Positions 13,641 through 27,580 of a stretch of DNA of 64,000 bases are shown in pieces (position 1 is the first letter of the stretch; the number at the start of each line of letters is the position of its first letter). The notes below the pieces were generated by a model, which ran no database searches, was not told the DNA's origin, and saw nothing but the letters and a program-made list of their open reading frames with translations. The stretch covers positions 13,330,001 through 13,394,000 of the forward strand of contig CP075496.1 of NCBI GenBank assembly GCA_021613535.1. The letters run 5' to 3'. The translations under genes and the position numbers were made by a program. This DNA is from Adineta vaga (lineage: Eukaryota > Animalia > Rotifera).

Positions 13641-16600
13641 ATGGTCGACAATGAAAAACGAGACAATTTAGCAAATGCTCGTCGAAAAGTATGCTGTTTT
13701 TTTCATTCTCTATATTACCTTTTATTGAAATATTTTAGTTGAAAAAATTTCGTGATCAACAACAACACCACCAAAACGGTGATGATCATTTGAGCTTTAC
13801 ATCAGAGACAAATGGCAACAACCTTCATTTAGTGAATGGCGTATGATGATTAGTTATATCTATTATATTTCAAACTGACATTATTTCTTTTGTAGACGCT
13901 AAATGATTCTAATATCAATTATAATAATAGGTAGGTGTATTTTATTTTATTTTCTCATATCTTTCATTTATATGACTTGTTTATTCAGTTCCCATAATAA
14001 TCCCCCAGATTTAACTACTTTTGTTGATGAACAACAGGCTATACTCAATGGAATACATGTAAATTTATCGAAATCACCTGTCAATGACTTAGAAGTAAGT
14101 TATAGAATTGTTTGAAGGCACATAATTACATTATTGGCATGAAATTATTAATATATATATATATATTTAAGGAACAGAATCGTCAATATGCATTATTGAT
14201 TGAGAATCAAAAACAACAACGAGCTCGTCTCGAAGACCAACGACAATTTGGTGCTGGAAGTAGTATGGTAATCATTTTTATAGAAATATTAAAAATCGAT
14301 ATAAAATTGTCATTCCTTTTGCAGTCTGGTCGTTCAAGTCGAGCACAATCTGATGTTGATTTAGTTCGACAAATTGAACAGAAATATCGTCGTGATTTAG
14401 AACATTTACAAGAACAACTCGAAGTAACATTAGCTTTTTTTATATGTATAATTTAGCAAGATTTTTCTCCTTGATACTTAGATACATGTTCAAACAATCG
14501 GTATTTTGGTTGCAGAAAAGACGGACATATCTGCAAAATTAACTCAATCCGTAAAACAATTTGAACGCAAACAAGGTGAAGTTGAAGAAATTCAAGGACG
14601 ATTAAAAGCATCTCGTGAACGTATTGAAGAACTTGAGAAACACAGTCAGAATTCGACATCAAATGCACAAAAACGAGAAACAGTCTGAATTCATTGAAAG
14701 TTTTATTTTTCTATTTTTGTTTTATAGGCAGTAAAAGAATATGATAAACAAATCGATCAATTTAGAACAGAAAATCTTCAACAAAAGTATTCTTTTCAGA
14801 AAAGAAAAAGTATTGATTCAAAATAATCTATTTTAGTCGAACGATCGATGATTTGAAACAAAATCTTAATGAATTTAATGAAAAACTTAATCAACGACAA
14901 AATACTGTTGATCAATTAAATAATGAAATAATTAAATTGAAACAAAAACTAGAACAATCTGAAATTCGTTTACAACAATATCAAGTTCGTAGAAAAGAAT
15001 TTTGCAGAAAGTTTGATTATTCATTTTGTTCTATTAGTCAATTAATGATACTTCAGTAATAAATAAATATGAACAACAAATTGATGAATTACAAAAAACA
15101 ATTGCATTAAAAACAAACGATACAGAAGCGGTAAGGATAATCAATTGTATTTATATTGAGTTCGAAACGGATTACTTTGATGTAAAGTTAGCATGAGAAA
15201 AAGAAAATTATATATTGAAAAGCAATATGTCAAGGTTACCTTGAATAACATTATTACTGAAGGCAACATTTTTATCAGAGTAACAAATCATCTCACATTA
15301 GATGTGAAAATATGGTTTGTTTATGTACAAATTGAATTAAAAACTACTATATTTGAGACGCACGGAGATTCGTTTTAACTAGTGCTTTGGTATCTACTAT
15401 AGTTTTCGTGATAGAATGTTTGAAAAAAAATACGAATGCGATCCAGAGTGCGGATGGATCCCGGCATAGTTTTTATATATTTCCATGTTTACAAGAATGT
15501 CAAAAGTATCGAACTGCTTTGACATAATTCAAAAAAGATTTGTTCAAAATTTATTTGAAAATTTTATTCTCATTTAGCTTCTCTCATCCATTAATCAAAT
15601 GCGTTTGGACAATGAACAAATGCAACTACAATATCAACAATATAATGCTAATATGCAACGTCATGTCCAAGAATTGAATGAACAGGTAAGATTTACTAAC
15701 TAGTTTTATTATCAGTAGTTTAATCGAAAAACAAAATACAAATTTCTTCTAATTTAGATAAATCGATTAGCGCAAACAAATAATCTCCTTGAAAACGAAC
15801 GAGAAGCGATGAAGAAAGCTTATGGTATGAATATTTATTTCTAAATTTCAGACATATCAATAATATTTTTGTCTAGAAATGAAAATAACTCAAATACAAG
15901 AAACCAAAACAGTGCATAATAATACGAATGATAGTAATTTAGTACTTGAACGTGATGCTCTCCTTCAAGAGAATCAATTATTTAAAAATGCAATTGATGA
16001 ATGGTCAAAACGTTTTGAACAAATTCGTTTAGAAAATGAGCATCTGATAAAGTATGAACTTATCATCGGTTCTATTTGTAAGCATTTGTTTATTTTATTA
16101 GACAATTAAGTGAAAAAGATGTGCATATAAATGAATTAGAAAAAAGTCAAGGAACAGTTCGTAAGTTATTTGTTTTTACTCAATAATTTATTTTGACAAA
16201 TTAAATTTACTTTAGAAGAAAATGTGATCGATCATGAAAAATTATTACAAACAATTCATGAAGATAAAACGACATTATCACGTGCGATGGCACAAAATAA
16301 ACAGTTAAAAGATCAATTAACTGAACTTCAAGATGGTTTTATTAAAATGGTTTGAAAATCGAATAAAGGATTAGAAATTCAATTTGATTTTTTTCTTTTT
16401 TAACTTAGTCGAATGATAATATGAATTTAACCAATCAAATTCAAACACAAGAATATCAAAACAGACAATTGAATGAACGTCTTGCACAAAAAGAACTTTC
16501 AACACAACAATATCAAACGAATGTTAATGTATAAAAAAATTAATTTTACAAATAATCGAATAAATATTTCCATTGTTTTTCTTCTAGATAGAAAATCATG

Positions 16601-17980
16601 AACAGCAGCAGCAGCTTCAAACAGTTGATAATAGTGTACAAGACGATCATATACAGGTAGATATACCATAGTTTGAATGTCAGTATGAAACAAGAGATCT
16701 TTATTATATTTCTTTTTGTTTTGGTGAATCATTGAAATATATTTTGTAAAACTTGCTTAGAAATTAAATGAGTTAATGGAAGAAAATAGATCGTTACGAG
16801 AACGTCTTTCACAATTGGAACAACAACCACAATCTCAAATTAACAGTGATGTACAATTGAATGATACAAGTTCATTATCATCATTGAATGCACCTGTTGA
16901 TGAAACTCCTCAGTTACAGAATGGATTAGTAGAGAAAATTATTGTAAGAAATACAATTATCCTTTCAATTCGAATTCTTTGTTTTCAAAATGTTTAGGAA
17001 CGTTTTAATCGTGCAATGCGTGATAATGCTGATTTACAAGATCGAACTCAGCAACTCGAACATTTAATTCTTCAATTACAAAGTGAAACTGATACTATTG
17101 GTAAATGAAATAATCTTCGAAATAGTTCAATTTCTATTTTATTTTAAAAATAGGTGATTACATATCTTTATATCAACAACAACGTCTTCAACTTCATCGA
17201 CGTTATCAAGAAAAAGATGATTATATCAAACAATTAACTGTTGATCGCTTGAGTTTACAAGTAACGACAAGATGATCGACCTATACGTATATATATATTA
17301 ACTTTTTGCTGTTTTTTTCTTAGAGAAAATTATCGGAATTAGAAACATTACTTATGCGTGGTTTGAGTAAACCATCGACAAATTTGGAAGTACAAGAAAA
17401 ATCAATATTGAATGAAAACAAATCTTCTGCGCAACAACAAATTATCGATGAAAATGGTAGATGATTTTTAGTTGCTTTTGTTAGAGAGATAGTTTGAATA
17501 TGTTCGAATCTCATATTTGGCAATGATGTATCCAAGTTCAGTCTTCAATCTGAAAAGAAGAAATTCTTTGTAGACAACTTTCTATCATTTATACTGAGCC
17601 AAATAATTGTTTTTTTTTCACAACGTCAGCTGGTTACAGACAAAAAAAGCTAATAATGTACAGATGTTACGTTATGACGAATTTGTTTTTATTTTTTAGA
17701 ATGGCCTGATTTGATCGATAATTCATCGTCAGAAACAACAATTGAGCAACCTTTAGTATCGTCTGATGAGACAACTACAATTATGACTAGCCCTTCGTTA
17801 ACATCATTATCGAATTTTGATGATGAAACAAAAACACGTATTTTAGTTTTATTGAAAGAATTAGGTCATAGTGATAATTCATCACCGAATACTGATAATT
17901 TATCTACAACAAAATTAGCGTTTATGGGTAAAAATCTTTATGTATGTTCAACATGTACGGGTCCTGTTCAATGGGTGTGA
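13641..17980 (+). CDS. GOLGA2: Golgin subfamily A member 2 (GM130), many short exons
   Basis: N-terminus MVDNEKRDNLANARRK-LKKFRDQQ, long coiled coils, TLSRAMAQNKQLKDQLTELQDGFIKM, SETDTIGDYISLYQQQR, and C-terminus YVCSTCTGPVQWV*. Confidence 0.9.
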
Positions 17981-18362
17981 ATTTAAATACAATATCTTTT
18001 TTTTCCTTCCTTTGTTCTGAATACACGTGTATACATATACATTCTCGTTTTCCATTGATCTTTATCGTTATTTTATTTCTTTTAGAACTGCATAAAACAA
18101 AAGAGGGCTTCTTCTTCTTCTTCTTTTCTTTTTATTTATTAATCTTATTGTTTGCATTCTAAAGTTCTTTTTTCTTTTTCGTCTATTGTTGAGTTTACGA
18201 ACGGTTCGAGTAAGAAATCAGAAAAACAAGTTTAAACGATCATTTATATTGTCTATATACATATATTTTCAATGATTTTGTTGATTTGCAATAAAATCGA
18301 TTTTTCGTTTTGATTTATTTATTTTCTTTTTGTTTTGATAAACTAAACTTGTGTCTTTTCAG

Positions 18363-18974
18363 ATGCTTGCTTCGAAAGCTCACGAATTAATCAAAGAACT
18401 TGATCGTTCTCGTGATACTGTCTTACCTCCTTACAATATTGAAACCATTCGTCTTTGTCAACTTGAAGCCAATGAATTATTTCGTCAAAATTATGAAGAT
18501 GTTCAAACAGTTGTTCAAACAAATACAGATAATAGTAGTGCAAATTCAGCGCCAACATTAATGCCTACGATTAGTATTCGTCATGCCGCTATACAACGTA
18601 TTAAACGTTGTTTACTAGCATACGCATATCATCGAATGAATAGAATCAAATCACTTCGTTGGTCAATTGGACCTGTTCTACCTGAACATATGAGAAATAA
18701 CTTATCAATGGATGAATTGGAATTTTTTTCAAATTATAATCAAACATTATCATCTTATATGCGTTCAATTGGAAATAATCATTCACTTGATCTCACATCA
18801 TTTATGAGTCCTCCAAAGAAATTATTTGCACATATTAAATGTATACAAGAGTATGGTCCTTATGAAACAAGTGATGGTACAATTATTCAATTAACATTCA
18901 ATAGTGAACATTATGTTTTAACATCAGATGCTGAACATTTAATTCAACGAAAAATAGCTGAACATATTGTTTAA
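18363..18974 (+). CDS. GINS1: GINS complex subunit 1 (Psf1), single coding exon
   Basis: MLASKAHELIKEL...LPPYN, RHAAIQRIKRCLLAYAYHRMNRIKSLRW, SPPKKLF and EHLIQRKIAEHI are all Psf1 hallmarks. Confidence 0.92.
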   Translation: MLASKAHELIKELDRSRDTVLPPYNIETIRLCQLEANELFRQNYEDVQTVVQTNTDNSSANSAPTLMPTISIRHAAIQRIKRCLLAYAYHRMNRIKSLRWSIGPVLPEHMRNNLSMDELEFFSNYNQTLSSYMRSIGNNHSLDLTSFMSPPKKLFAHIKCIQEYGPYETSDGTIIQLTFNSEHYVLTSDAEHLIQRKIAEHIV

Positions 18975-19101
18975 TTGTCAGATAAAATTTCTTTTCACTT
19001 TTCTTTTTCTCTCTAGTCAGATAAATAAACGATCAGATGTAATAATAAAGATATTTTCTTTTTTTATAGATTAGATAATCATCAATAAAAACAAAAAAAA
19101 A

Positions 19102-22100
19102 ATGCCGTCCGATTCAAAAAAGAAACGTGATTTACAGAAGAAAGCTGCAGCTAAACAACGACAAGCTCCAGGAAAAAAATCGTCTACAGCAAATAATGCT
19201 GAAGGTAATGTAAACGACGAAGATTTCAATGAAGATCTTGATGATGTTGAAACTCAAAATGAAAATGAAAATCCAACCAATGGAGATATTAAAGATGTTG
19301 ATTCAAATGTGAAATCCTTAATACAAAATCTTGATTTATTAACAATGGTTGAAAAAGCAAATGCCGAAGCACGATCTTGTACTGGTAAAATCGATAAAGA
19401 AATCTTGTTTTTATCTTTCTGAATAATTGTTTTCATCTGAAAAGGTGTTCTTGCAAGTCATCCTCGTGGTCGAGATATTCATATTCATCAATTTTCAGTT
19501 AATTTTTATGGACAAGAAATTCTAGTTGATACAGATTTCGAAATGAATTGTGGTCGACGATATGGTCTTGTTGGTTTGAATGGATCAGGAAAATCCACCA
19601 TCCTTGCATGCATTGGAAATCGAGAGGTAATAATTTAATAAACGTAATCGAATTCTTCGATCTCTATATAATAATTCGACTACACACATCTCCTAACAAG
19701 ATATAAAATAATTTCTTAATAAAAAACGGTCTTTCGAGAAATGTAAATGATTTATAGAGAAAAAGAATTGCTTATTATTCAATTCCCTGATTACCTTCGA
19801 GCAAAAAGCAAAAGTGGTACTTTAATCAATTTTAAATGTACTTTTTTTTGTTTTATTTAATAGGTACCTATTCCGGAACATATTGATATATTTTATCTAT
19901 CACGTGAAATGGCACCTGTCAATAAAACGGCATTAGAATGTGTTATGGAAGTTGATCATGAACGTATTAAACTCGAAGCTGAAGCTGAACGATTAGCAGC
20001 GATCAGTGATGATGATGGTAAGTTAGAAACTTGAAAAAAAACAACGTTCTTATTATTTCTTTAACAATGAATATAAAAAAAAGCAAATATCGATCGTTGA
20101 ACAGGAAAAAAAAGAGACCGGATGATAAAACAAAACATAAAAAGAGAAATAAATTCATAATTCATCACCGGTTTAAATGATTTAATTAGCATTAATTGTT
20201 AATAATCTTATCGAAATGACTTGAAATACAAAAGGAATCATTAAATTTTTATCATGTTTCTATTTTTAACAACATTTCTTACTTTTTCTCACCGAAAAAT
20301 GATAATCGGAATCTTGTTGTATTATGTTTAACTTGTTCGGCATTCGAACAATGCAATCATGTTAATCAATACATCAAATGATGCATAAGAATTTCTTTTT
20401 TATCACATCACTTTTCTAGTACTAAATCCTATGAGAAAACAGAGAGAGAGAGAGAAAATACGAATGAACATTAAGATATTTTTGATTATTATTATTTACA
20501 TTTTCAGTTGGTAATTTTGAATGAATAATCGTTAAATTTGGAGAATTATGAAGAATTGCTGAGACAGGTGTATCGACATTAGAAATTTGCGTTGAACTAT
20601 AATCGGTCCAGAAAAAACCATAAAATGTGGCTAATGCAATAGCAAATAATGAAATAGATAATAAATAACTAAAAACAAGTAATAAACGTAGGATTTTTTT
20701 TCGTGTTAAACTTGTTTGTTGTTGTCGAAGAAATGGAAGTGAAGATGTTTGATGAGAATTAGCTTGAGCATTCTTAGCTATATTTATCCAAAGACTCTGC
20801 CGTTGTGAAGCTAGTGCTGTTATTTGTGAACTTTTTTGACGTGGTAATAAATGACTTAGACTTGTGATAGATGAACATCGTTTTTCAGGCATAGGTGTTG
20901 ATTTAACAACTGTACTTGGACCTGGAGATGATGGTGGTGATGTACATTGTTCTGTTGGTGATTTGATTGCAGAATATGGTATACGTCCAAAGACTAATGG
21001 ATCTGCTGATGTTGTCGTCGATACGATAGGCTTTTTTGACGTTGGACGATTTTGAAAATGACGACTGTTATAAGCTTGGAAAGCACGATTTTGTGATGAA
21101 GTAGCCATGTAGCATCAGTGTTATGTTGTGAAATAATAGATTTCTTTTTATTCTCTTTTTCTCCAAGCGTATCGAGTCTAGAAAGAGAAGAAGAAGAAAA
21201 AAGATAAAGAGGAAATAGATGCGTGAGAAAAAACGAAGACGTTTCTATTCAATCATGTGAAAAATAATGAATGAATTGTTCAAGCAGAAAATGATCAGCA
21301 TTTAATAGTTAAGAATTGAATAGTCTTACTTATATCAAATAAATAGATTAGGAAGATGAAGAAATCGACAATTTCACACAATTATCCGAATATAAAACAA
21401 GAGATTTGTGGGAGGTATTAAGTGACTTCGTAAAGAGAAAAGATAATAATTCGATTTTTGTTGGCATAAAAAGACGTGCATCGATTCTGTTCTGCTTGTT
21501 ACATATAATAAGAATAAGATAAGGAAAAGAGAAAAACTAGAAATACTAGTAGTAGGGCTAGTAATAGACAAGATTGGAATTTTGATCGGAAAATAAATAA
21601 AAAAAAAAAAGAAGAAAAATAGCAATGAACGACGAATGACGTTAGACATAAGAAAAAGAAAATGAAGAATATATCAGTTGTGCAAATGAGAAGAGAGAAG
21701 AGAAAAAAAAACGACTGACATTGAAAGTCGTTTTTGTATTGATACAACACACATTGTCAAGTGTGCCAATTATCTTATACACACAGCAATGATTGTTGAC
21801 ATTCTCCTGATGCTTCTATTGAACTGACTTTCTCTAGATATGTCGATCAATCTGTACGGACGGTATTTCACTGATAATGTTTATTCATCGAGGTTTTCCT
21901 TTCCTTAATCAGAAGAAATAAACGAGATTACCGATGTTATTTCTCATCATCATCATCCTTTGGATGTCCTTCTTAAGCGCGTGTATATACACACATACAT
22001 ATATATATATATATATGTATATATGACCAAATGTTTCTTAACAAGCTGGTGTTGTATCTTACATAGCGAGAAAAAATGCATAGACAATCATTAAGACTAG

Positions 22101-25100
22101 CTTTAAGATCTAATAATTGAAAGGAAACCTTGTATAGAGAAGCACGCGTGTTTTCTTAGATCTTAGTAAGATTATAAAGAGAAAAGACGCGCAGAAAAAG
22201 CACAATTTATATGTCTGTAATAAGAATAAGTACGGTATGATTACTTCTAATTTATAAGAAGAGAAATTAGATAAGAATGTTTGTGACTTGTTGTTTTAAT
22301 TGATGAGAAATGCATGTCAGAAAAGCAGAAATATAGATAAATATATCGTGTTCTTTCTTTTTTCTTTTTGTTTCTTCGTCAGTTTTTCTTTGAAAAATAA
22401 GAAAAACGAAGTAATAGTGAGAAAAGCGAGGAGGAGAAGACGAAGAAGAAGAAAACGATGAGCTTTTGTTGACAATAACTGACTGTATGTATGTGTGTGT
22501 TACATATAATAAGCTTTTTTTCTGCTTTGTCAGTTCTTTTTATGGGTTTTTCTTTTCTTCAATTAGACAAAAACTGAAGAAGTTTTCTTTTCTTTTTTTT
22601 CCTTTTCTTTTTCTCTTCTTGTCTTTCAATTATTGCTGTGAGCATGTTTTCTTGTTGAAATAGAACTACTAATGAACATGATATCTGTTATCAGTGTTGT
22701 TGTTGTTGTTGTTGTTGATACGGTAATTTGTTCAGTGAACTAGAAAGTGTTTATTTAGAAAAGATAAGTCATTTGCCTTCGGTTAATCTGATTGCTTGTA
22801 CAAAAAAAAGGAAAATGCAATCGATCATTTATTCTCTGGAGTAATGTCGACAAAAAGTAACTAACGAAAGAATTTGCTTGTTTCGTATTATTTCCACTGT
22901 TGATAGAAAGATTTTCAAATGAATAATTATTCTTTTCTTATCATAACATAAAAATTGGCAATAGTCAATGATTGAGTAGAGTGACAAGTGACATACTATT
23001 TGTTTGATTGTCGTCACATTTATATTGTACAGAAAATAATTGTTCGTCGGCTTGCTTTTGGATGATGAATATTAATCAATTGAAAAAGTCAATATCCAAG
23101 TAAATGAAAGAAAATCAAGCGAATATAAACATATCTTCTGAAATAGAAAAAAAAAGGCAAAGAATATTTTGTATGCAAAATCGATTTGATTGTAAATCGA
23201 GATTCTCAGCATGTATTCACTTATATTTATCAGTATGCAACAGATGAAAGAAATATCTTAATCGTAATAACCTTGACTTTATATACATTTCTTTTTATTC
23301 GACAAAGAAAAGGAAATGAATCGATTTAATCATTCATCATGAATTTCTATTGATAAAAACTGATTCAACTCATTAGATAGATTGTTGACATAGTAATGTA
23401 ATGACATGTATTATCTCTCACAAAATGCTAAGTACCAGTTGACAGACAACGAGTATACATATTTATCGACTGCAATAATTAAGAATAATACAGTGATTAT
23501 CTTTGAAAAAAGTTAATTTCTATCATTTAAAGTTGTAATCTTATTCTTCGAGAATAATGTTTAATTGAGTAAAGATTATTAAGAAATAAGAATACGCCCA
23601 TAGAAAAATATTCTTACAAAGCGGAAATGAAGAGAAGAATATATTTATTAAGAATAAGAAGAATAATAATAATAAGATCTAATCTTTTGTCCATTATGTT
23701 GTTTTAGAGGCTCAAGAATTACTACTTGATATCTATGAACGATTGGACGATCTTGGTGCTGATAAAGTAAGTCTAAAGGCATTCATTTATTTGCATTCAT
23801 ATCGTGTTTCTTTCTAGGCTGAAGCTCGAGCTGGAAGAATTCTACATGGTTTAGGTTTTACAAAACAAATGCAACAAAAACAATGTAAAGACTTTTCCGG
23901 TGGTTGGAGAATGCGTATTGGTCTCGCACGAGCTCTTTTCGTTAGTCCACATCTGTTATTACTCGGTATAAAATTTCTTGAATGTTATTCGTGAAAATTT
24001 CATTCGAATTTTCTTTAGATGAACCTACCAACCACTTGGATCTTGATGCTTGTGTCTGGCTTGAAGAAGAACTTCGAAATTATAAACGTATTTTAATTAT
24101 GGTTTCACATTCACAAGATTTTCTCAATGGTGTTTGTACAAATATTGTACATTTAACTAAGAATAAACTTTTTGTTTATGGTGTAAGTGAGCATTTTAAT
24201 TCGATTGACAAAAAAAAGGAGAAGAAAATGTCGTTTAGGGTAATTATGATGCTTATGTTCAAACACGTGTCGAATTAGAAACAAATCAAATGAAAAGATA
24301 TCAATGGGAACAAGAACAAGTTGCTAAAACAAAAGGTTTTATTGCTCGATTTGGTAGTGGTAGTCGAGCATCTCAAGCTCAAAGTCGAGAAAAAACTTTA
24401 GCTAAAATGATCGAAAGTGGTTTAACAGAAAAAGTCGTTCAAGAAAAAGTAAATATTTTCATTAATGAATTTCTTCATTAAAACTCTTATATGTTTTTCA
24501 ATTAGACATTATCATTGTCTTTTCCTGATCCAGGCAAAATTCCACCACCATGTTTAATGGTTCAAGGTGTTGCATATCGTTATTCAGATAATACCGTAAT
24601 TCAACAAGTTTTTTTTCTTGAAAATATTCATATTTAAATATCAATTCTAGGATTGGATTTATACAAATCTTGATTTTGGTATTGATCTTGATACACGTGT
24701 AGCATTGGTTGGACCTAATGGTGCTGGCAAATCGACTCTTTTGAAATTAATTGACAATCAATTATTACCAACCAAAGGACAAATACGTCGTAATGCACAT
24801 TTACGTATGGGACGTTATCATCAACATTTAGCTGAACAATTAGATCTAAATTTATCGGCATTGGATTACATGATGAAATGTTTCCCAGATGTAACAGAGA
24901 AAGAAGAAATGAGAAGAATTATTGGTCGTTTTGGTTTAACTGGTCGACAACAAATATGTCCAATGAGAAATCTATCGGATGGACAACGATGTCGAGTAAG
25001 TTTTGCTTGGTTAGCTTGGCAATGTCCACATTTATTATTACTCGATGAACCGACAAATCATCTTGGTAAGAAGTGAAAAACGAATATTTGCTTGGTTTCA

Positions 25101-25398
25101 ATTTCTGTATTTTTTCCCGTAGATATCGAAACAATTGATGCATTAGCTGATGCGATACGAAACTTTTCTGGTGGAATGGTTCTTGTTAGTCACGATTTTC
25201 GTTTGATTCGACAAGTAAATACTAAATCTTTGTTATTCTTTTGAAATAATAATAATTATTCTACTTTCAATTTAGGTCGCTGATAAAATTTGGGTTTGCG
25301 AACATCAAGAAGTTAAAGAATGGCCCGGTGATATTCTCAGTTATAAAGAACATTTACGACAGAAAATGCAAGCAGATTTTGCTCCGCCGAGAAAATAA
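19102..25398 (+). CDS. ABCF2: ATP-binding cassette subfamily F member 2
   Basis: MPSDSKKK start, [38 protein letters not shown], two DEPTNHLD motifs, GPNGAGKST and [10 protein letters not shown] large intron spans about 20018-23709. Confidence 0.95.
20422..21108 (-). CDS. InaF-motif containing membrane protein, nested antisense in an ABCF2 intron
   Basis: 228-aa ORF with [32 protein letters not shown], matching the InaF motif pattern (R-L-x-V-x-x-Y-x-L-S-x-S-L-x-A-I-x-L-x-x-x-Y-x-x-x-W). The true 3' end may be spliced differently. Confidence 0.75.
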   Translation of the reverse strand: MATSSQNRAFQAYNSRHFQNRPTSKKPIVSTTTSADPLVFGRIPYSAIKSPTEQCTSPPSSPGPSTVVKSTPMPEKRCSSITSLSHLLPRQKSSQITALASQRQSLWINIAKNAQANSHQTSSLPFLRQQQTSLTRKKILRLLLVFSYLLSISLFAIALATFYGFFWTDYSSTQISNVDTPVSAILHNSPNLTIIHSKLPTENVNNNNQKYLNVHSYFLSLSLFSHRI

Positions 25399-26749
25399 TT
25401 TTCTTAATCTTAGGAAAATTTGTCTTTAAATGTGCGTGTGTAATTTGTCTTTTTTCTTGTTCGAATGTATTTCGACAAAGTGATGATTATTATTTTCATC
25501 TAAAGTATTATATCCTTTCAAACCAACATATCAGAGAATAAACACGAATAAATGATACACATGATGAACAACAAATCATTCTAAGATATTTATTTCTTCA
25601 GATAAGTTCTGTTTGCTATTCCATTGAAATATAATCAAAGACCAAGAAAAAATAATAATGAATGAAATTTCTTATTAATTATTCTTGAATGAATATTGGA
25701 AAATAAATTTTCTCTTTAAAACTAATTTACAATCATGGAGGAAGTCTTGAAAAACAAAACCGTGTGTGAAAATAGTTATTATCTAATAACACTTGTAGCC
25801 AAGCAAAGAATGTCTTACTGACAAAATGTGTTTATATTTACTTTTTATGATCTAGCACTGAAATTGTTCGATGTTTATTTTCGAATTTAAACGTCGTGCA
25901 TTTTCATGGTAAATTAAGATGATTGATTGGTGACACGATGTTAATTGGACAAACAATGATAGATATTATTCAGGTAATCATATGTTATTTTATTATTTTA
26001 CTCAAATAACGACACATTTTTCTACGCTTGTTTACGAAGAGCTATTACGAGATATTTTGAAAGAACGAAGAAAGCTAATATTTAAACGAGTAAAAAGAAC
26101 TTTTTTATTTGATTTAGTAGTAGCATACATATTGACATAGATCAGAGAAAATATGTTCGAAGTATTTTGCAGTAATTACCAAATTAATTCTATGGAAAGT
26201 AAGCATTATAAAGTATGGTAGATAAGCAATAAATTATTTGTATGCCAGACAAGAATAAATGTCATTTTCGCATAGAAGAAGGTAAACATTTTCTATCACT
26301 ATGATAGTTCTCATAATAAGTAGTTTTAAATAATAGGATCTATTTCAGTTTGATTGTATGAATAGAGTTAGATATAGACACTCTTAAAAAGTGATTTTAA
26401 AGGAATACAAATATTTATGATAATTTATTTTTCACCATCTGTGTATGTGCTTTTCTGTTGTTATTATTTATTATTTCGATTTGAAGTAAGATACAAAATG
26501 AATGTCCTTCATTCGTTTCTTTTTTCTCTTTTATGTTTATCTTAACATTAATCATTCGGTTTCGACATGGTGTTTATCTCGTACAGAAAGAATACTAAAC
26601 AATGTAAAAGGTAATATCGTAGTTTTATTTTAGAAAAGAAAAAGACGGGCATAAAATAAGTCTGTTCTTCACATTATATATATGATCAAGTAGACTAACA
26701 GAGGAAAAAAATGAACCGTATGCATAGATTATAAATTGATCGCAGAGTA

Positions 26750-27580
26750 TCACATATGACGTGTATTACCAAAAATCATGCCTGATTGTGTTGCGCCTTT
26801 GTTATATCCATATTGTGTACTAATTACGGTGTTGCCTTGATTGATCGTTTCAGCTGAGAAAGTTCGTTCATTTTTATCACTTTCTTTTGGACCTAAACCA
26901 CGTAATCCTTGTTTTTGAGCCTAGAATATTGAATCGAATAAGTTTTTCGCAAGAAGAAAGTTAAATGGAAATATTTACTTTTCGACCGAGTGCAAAAAGA
27001 CAAAGAACAACTTGATGAAGATTCATTTTTTCATAGAGATCAACTGTTTGAAATGTTTCAGCATCAGATAATCCATAAGCTTTTGCTGCTTGAGCAAAAC
27101 GTGAAATATTTTCCATGAGTTTAAAACTATTTTCACCTAGAACAAAAAAAATTCATTTTAATCAGAAAACAAAACATTAATTTAAGAGAAATATTTTCAT
27201 TACCAGTATTAATCTTCGAAATTGAATTAGGTGAAATCGTATTGATTAGTCTACATTGGAAATTTCATCAATTAGAAATCAACGGAAAACTAAAAATACG
27301 GAAATCATACTGGCAAAGTTTACGACCATCTTTTAGTTGATCATAAACATTATCTGGTTCACCATTTGTATCAAATTGTTCACCAATCATTTCACTAACC
27401 CATTCTAAAGCTTGATGAGCCTGTGCAACGTCATATTTTGATTGAATCTATTCATCAAAAGAGAAATAACAAACAATTCTCTTCTCAAATTATTTGATTG
27501 ATCAGAACACATTAATCACCTACCTTTTCCCATGTATCATGAGCTAAACCAGATTTTTGTGCACGCACTACACTATTCAT
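26750..27580 (-). CDS. Calponin/transgelin (myophilin/MP20-like) protein; missed by ORF track
   Basis: Exons give MNSVVRAQKSGLAHDTWEK-IQSKYD...QLKDGRKLCQ-LINTI...FKLMENISRF...FQTVDLYEKMNLHQV (CH domain) and ISTQYGYNKGATQSGMIFGNTRHM* (calponin repeat). Confidence 0.92.

Noticed and set aside
15180-15540. Possible MITE in an enlarged GM130 intron
   Set aside because: The inverted match (tatgtcaa/ttgacata) is too short and no target-site duplication is evident.
21374-23017. Phe/Leu-rich short ORFs, also at 38276-38593, 43683-43886, 49147-50733 and 59283-60045
   Set aside because: Translations of poly-T, poly-A and microsatellite tracts with no motif or splice support.
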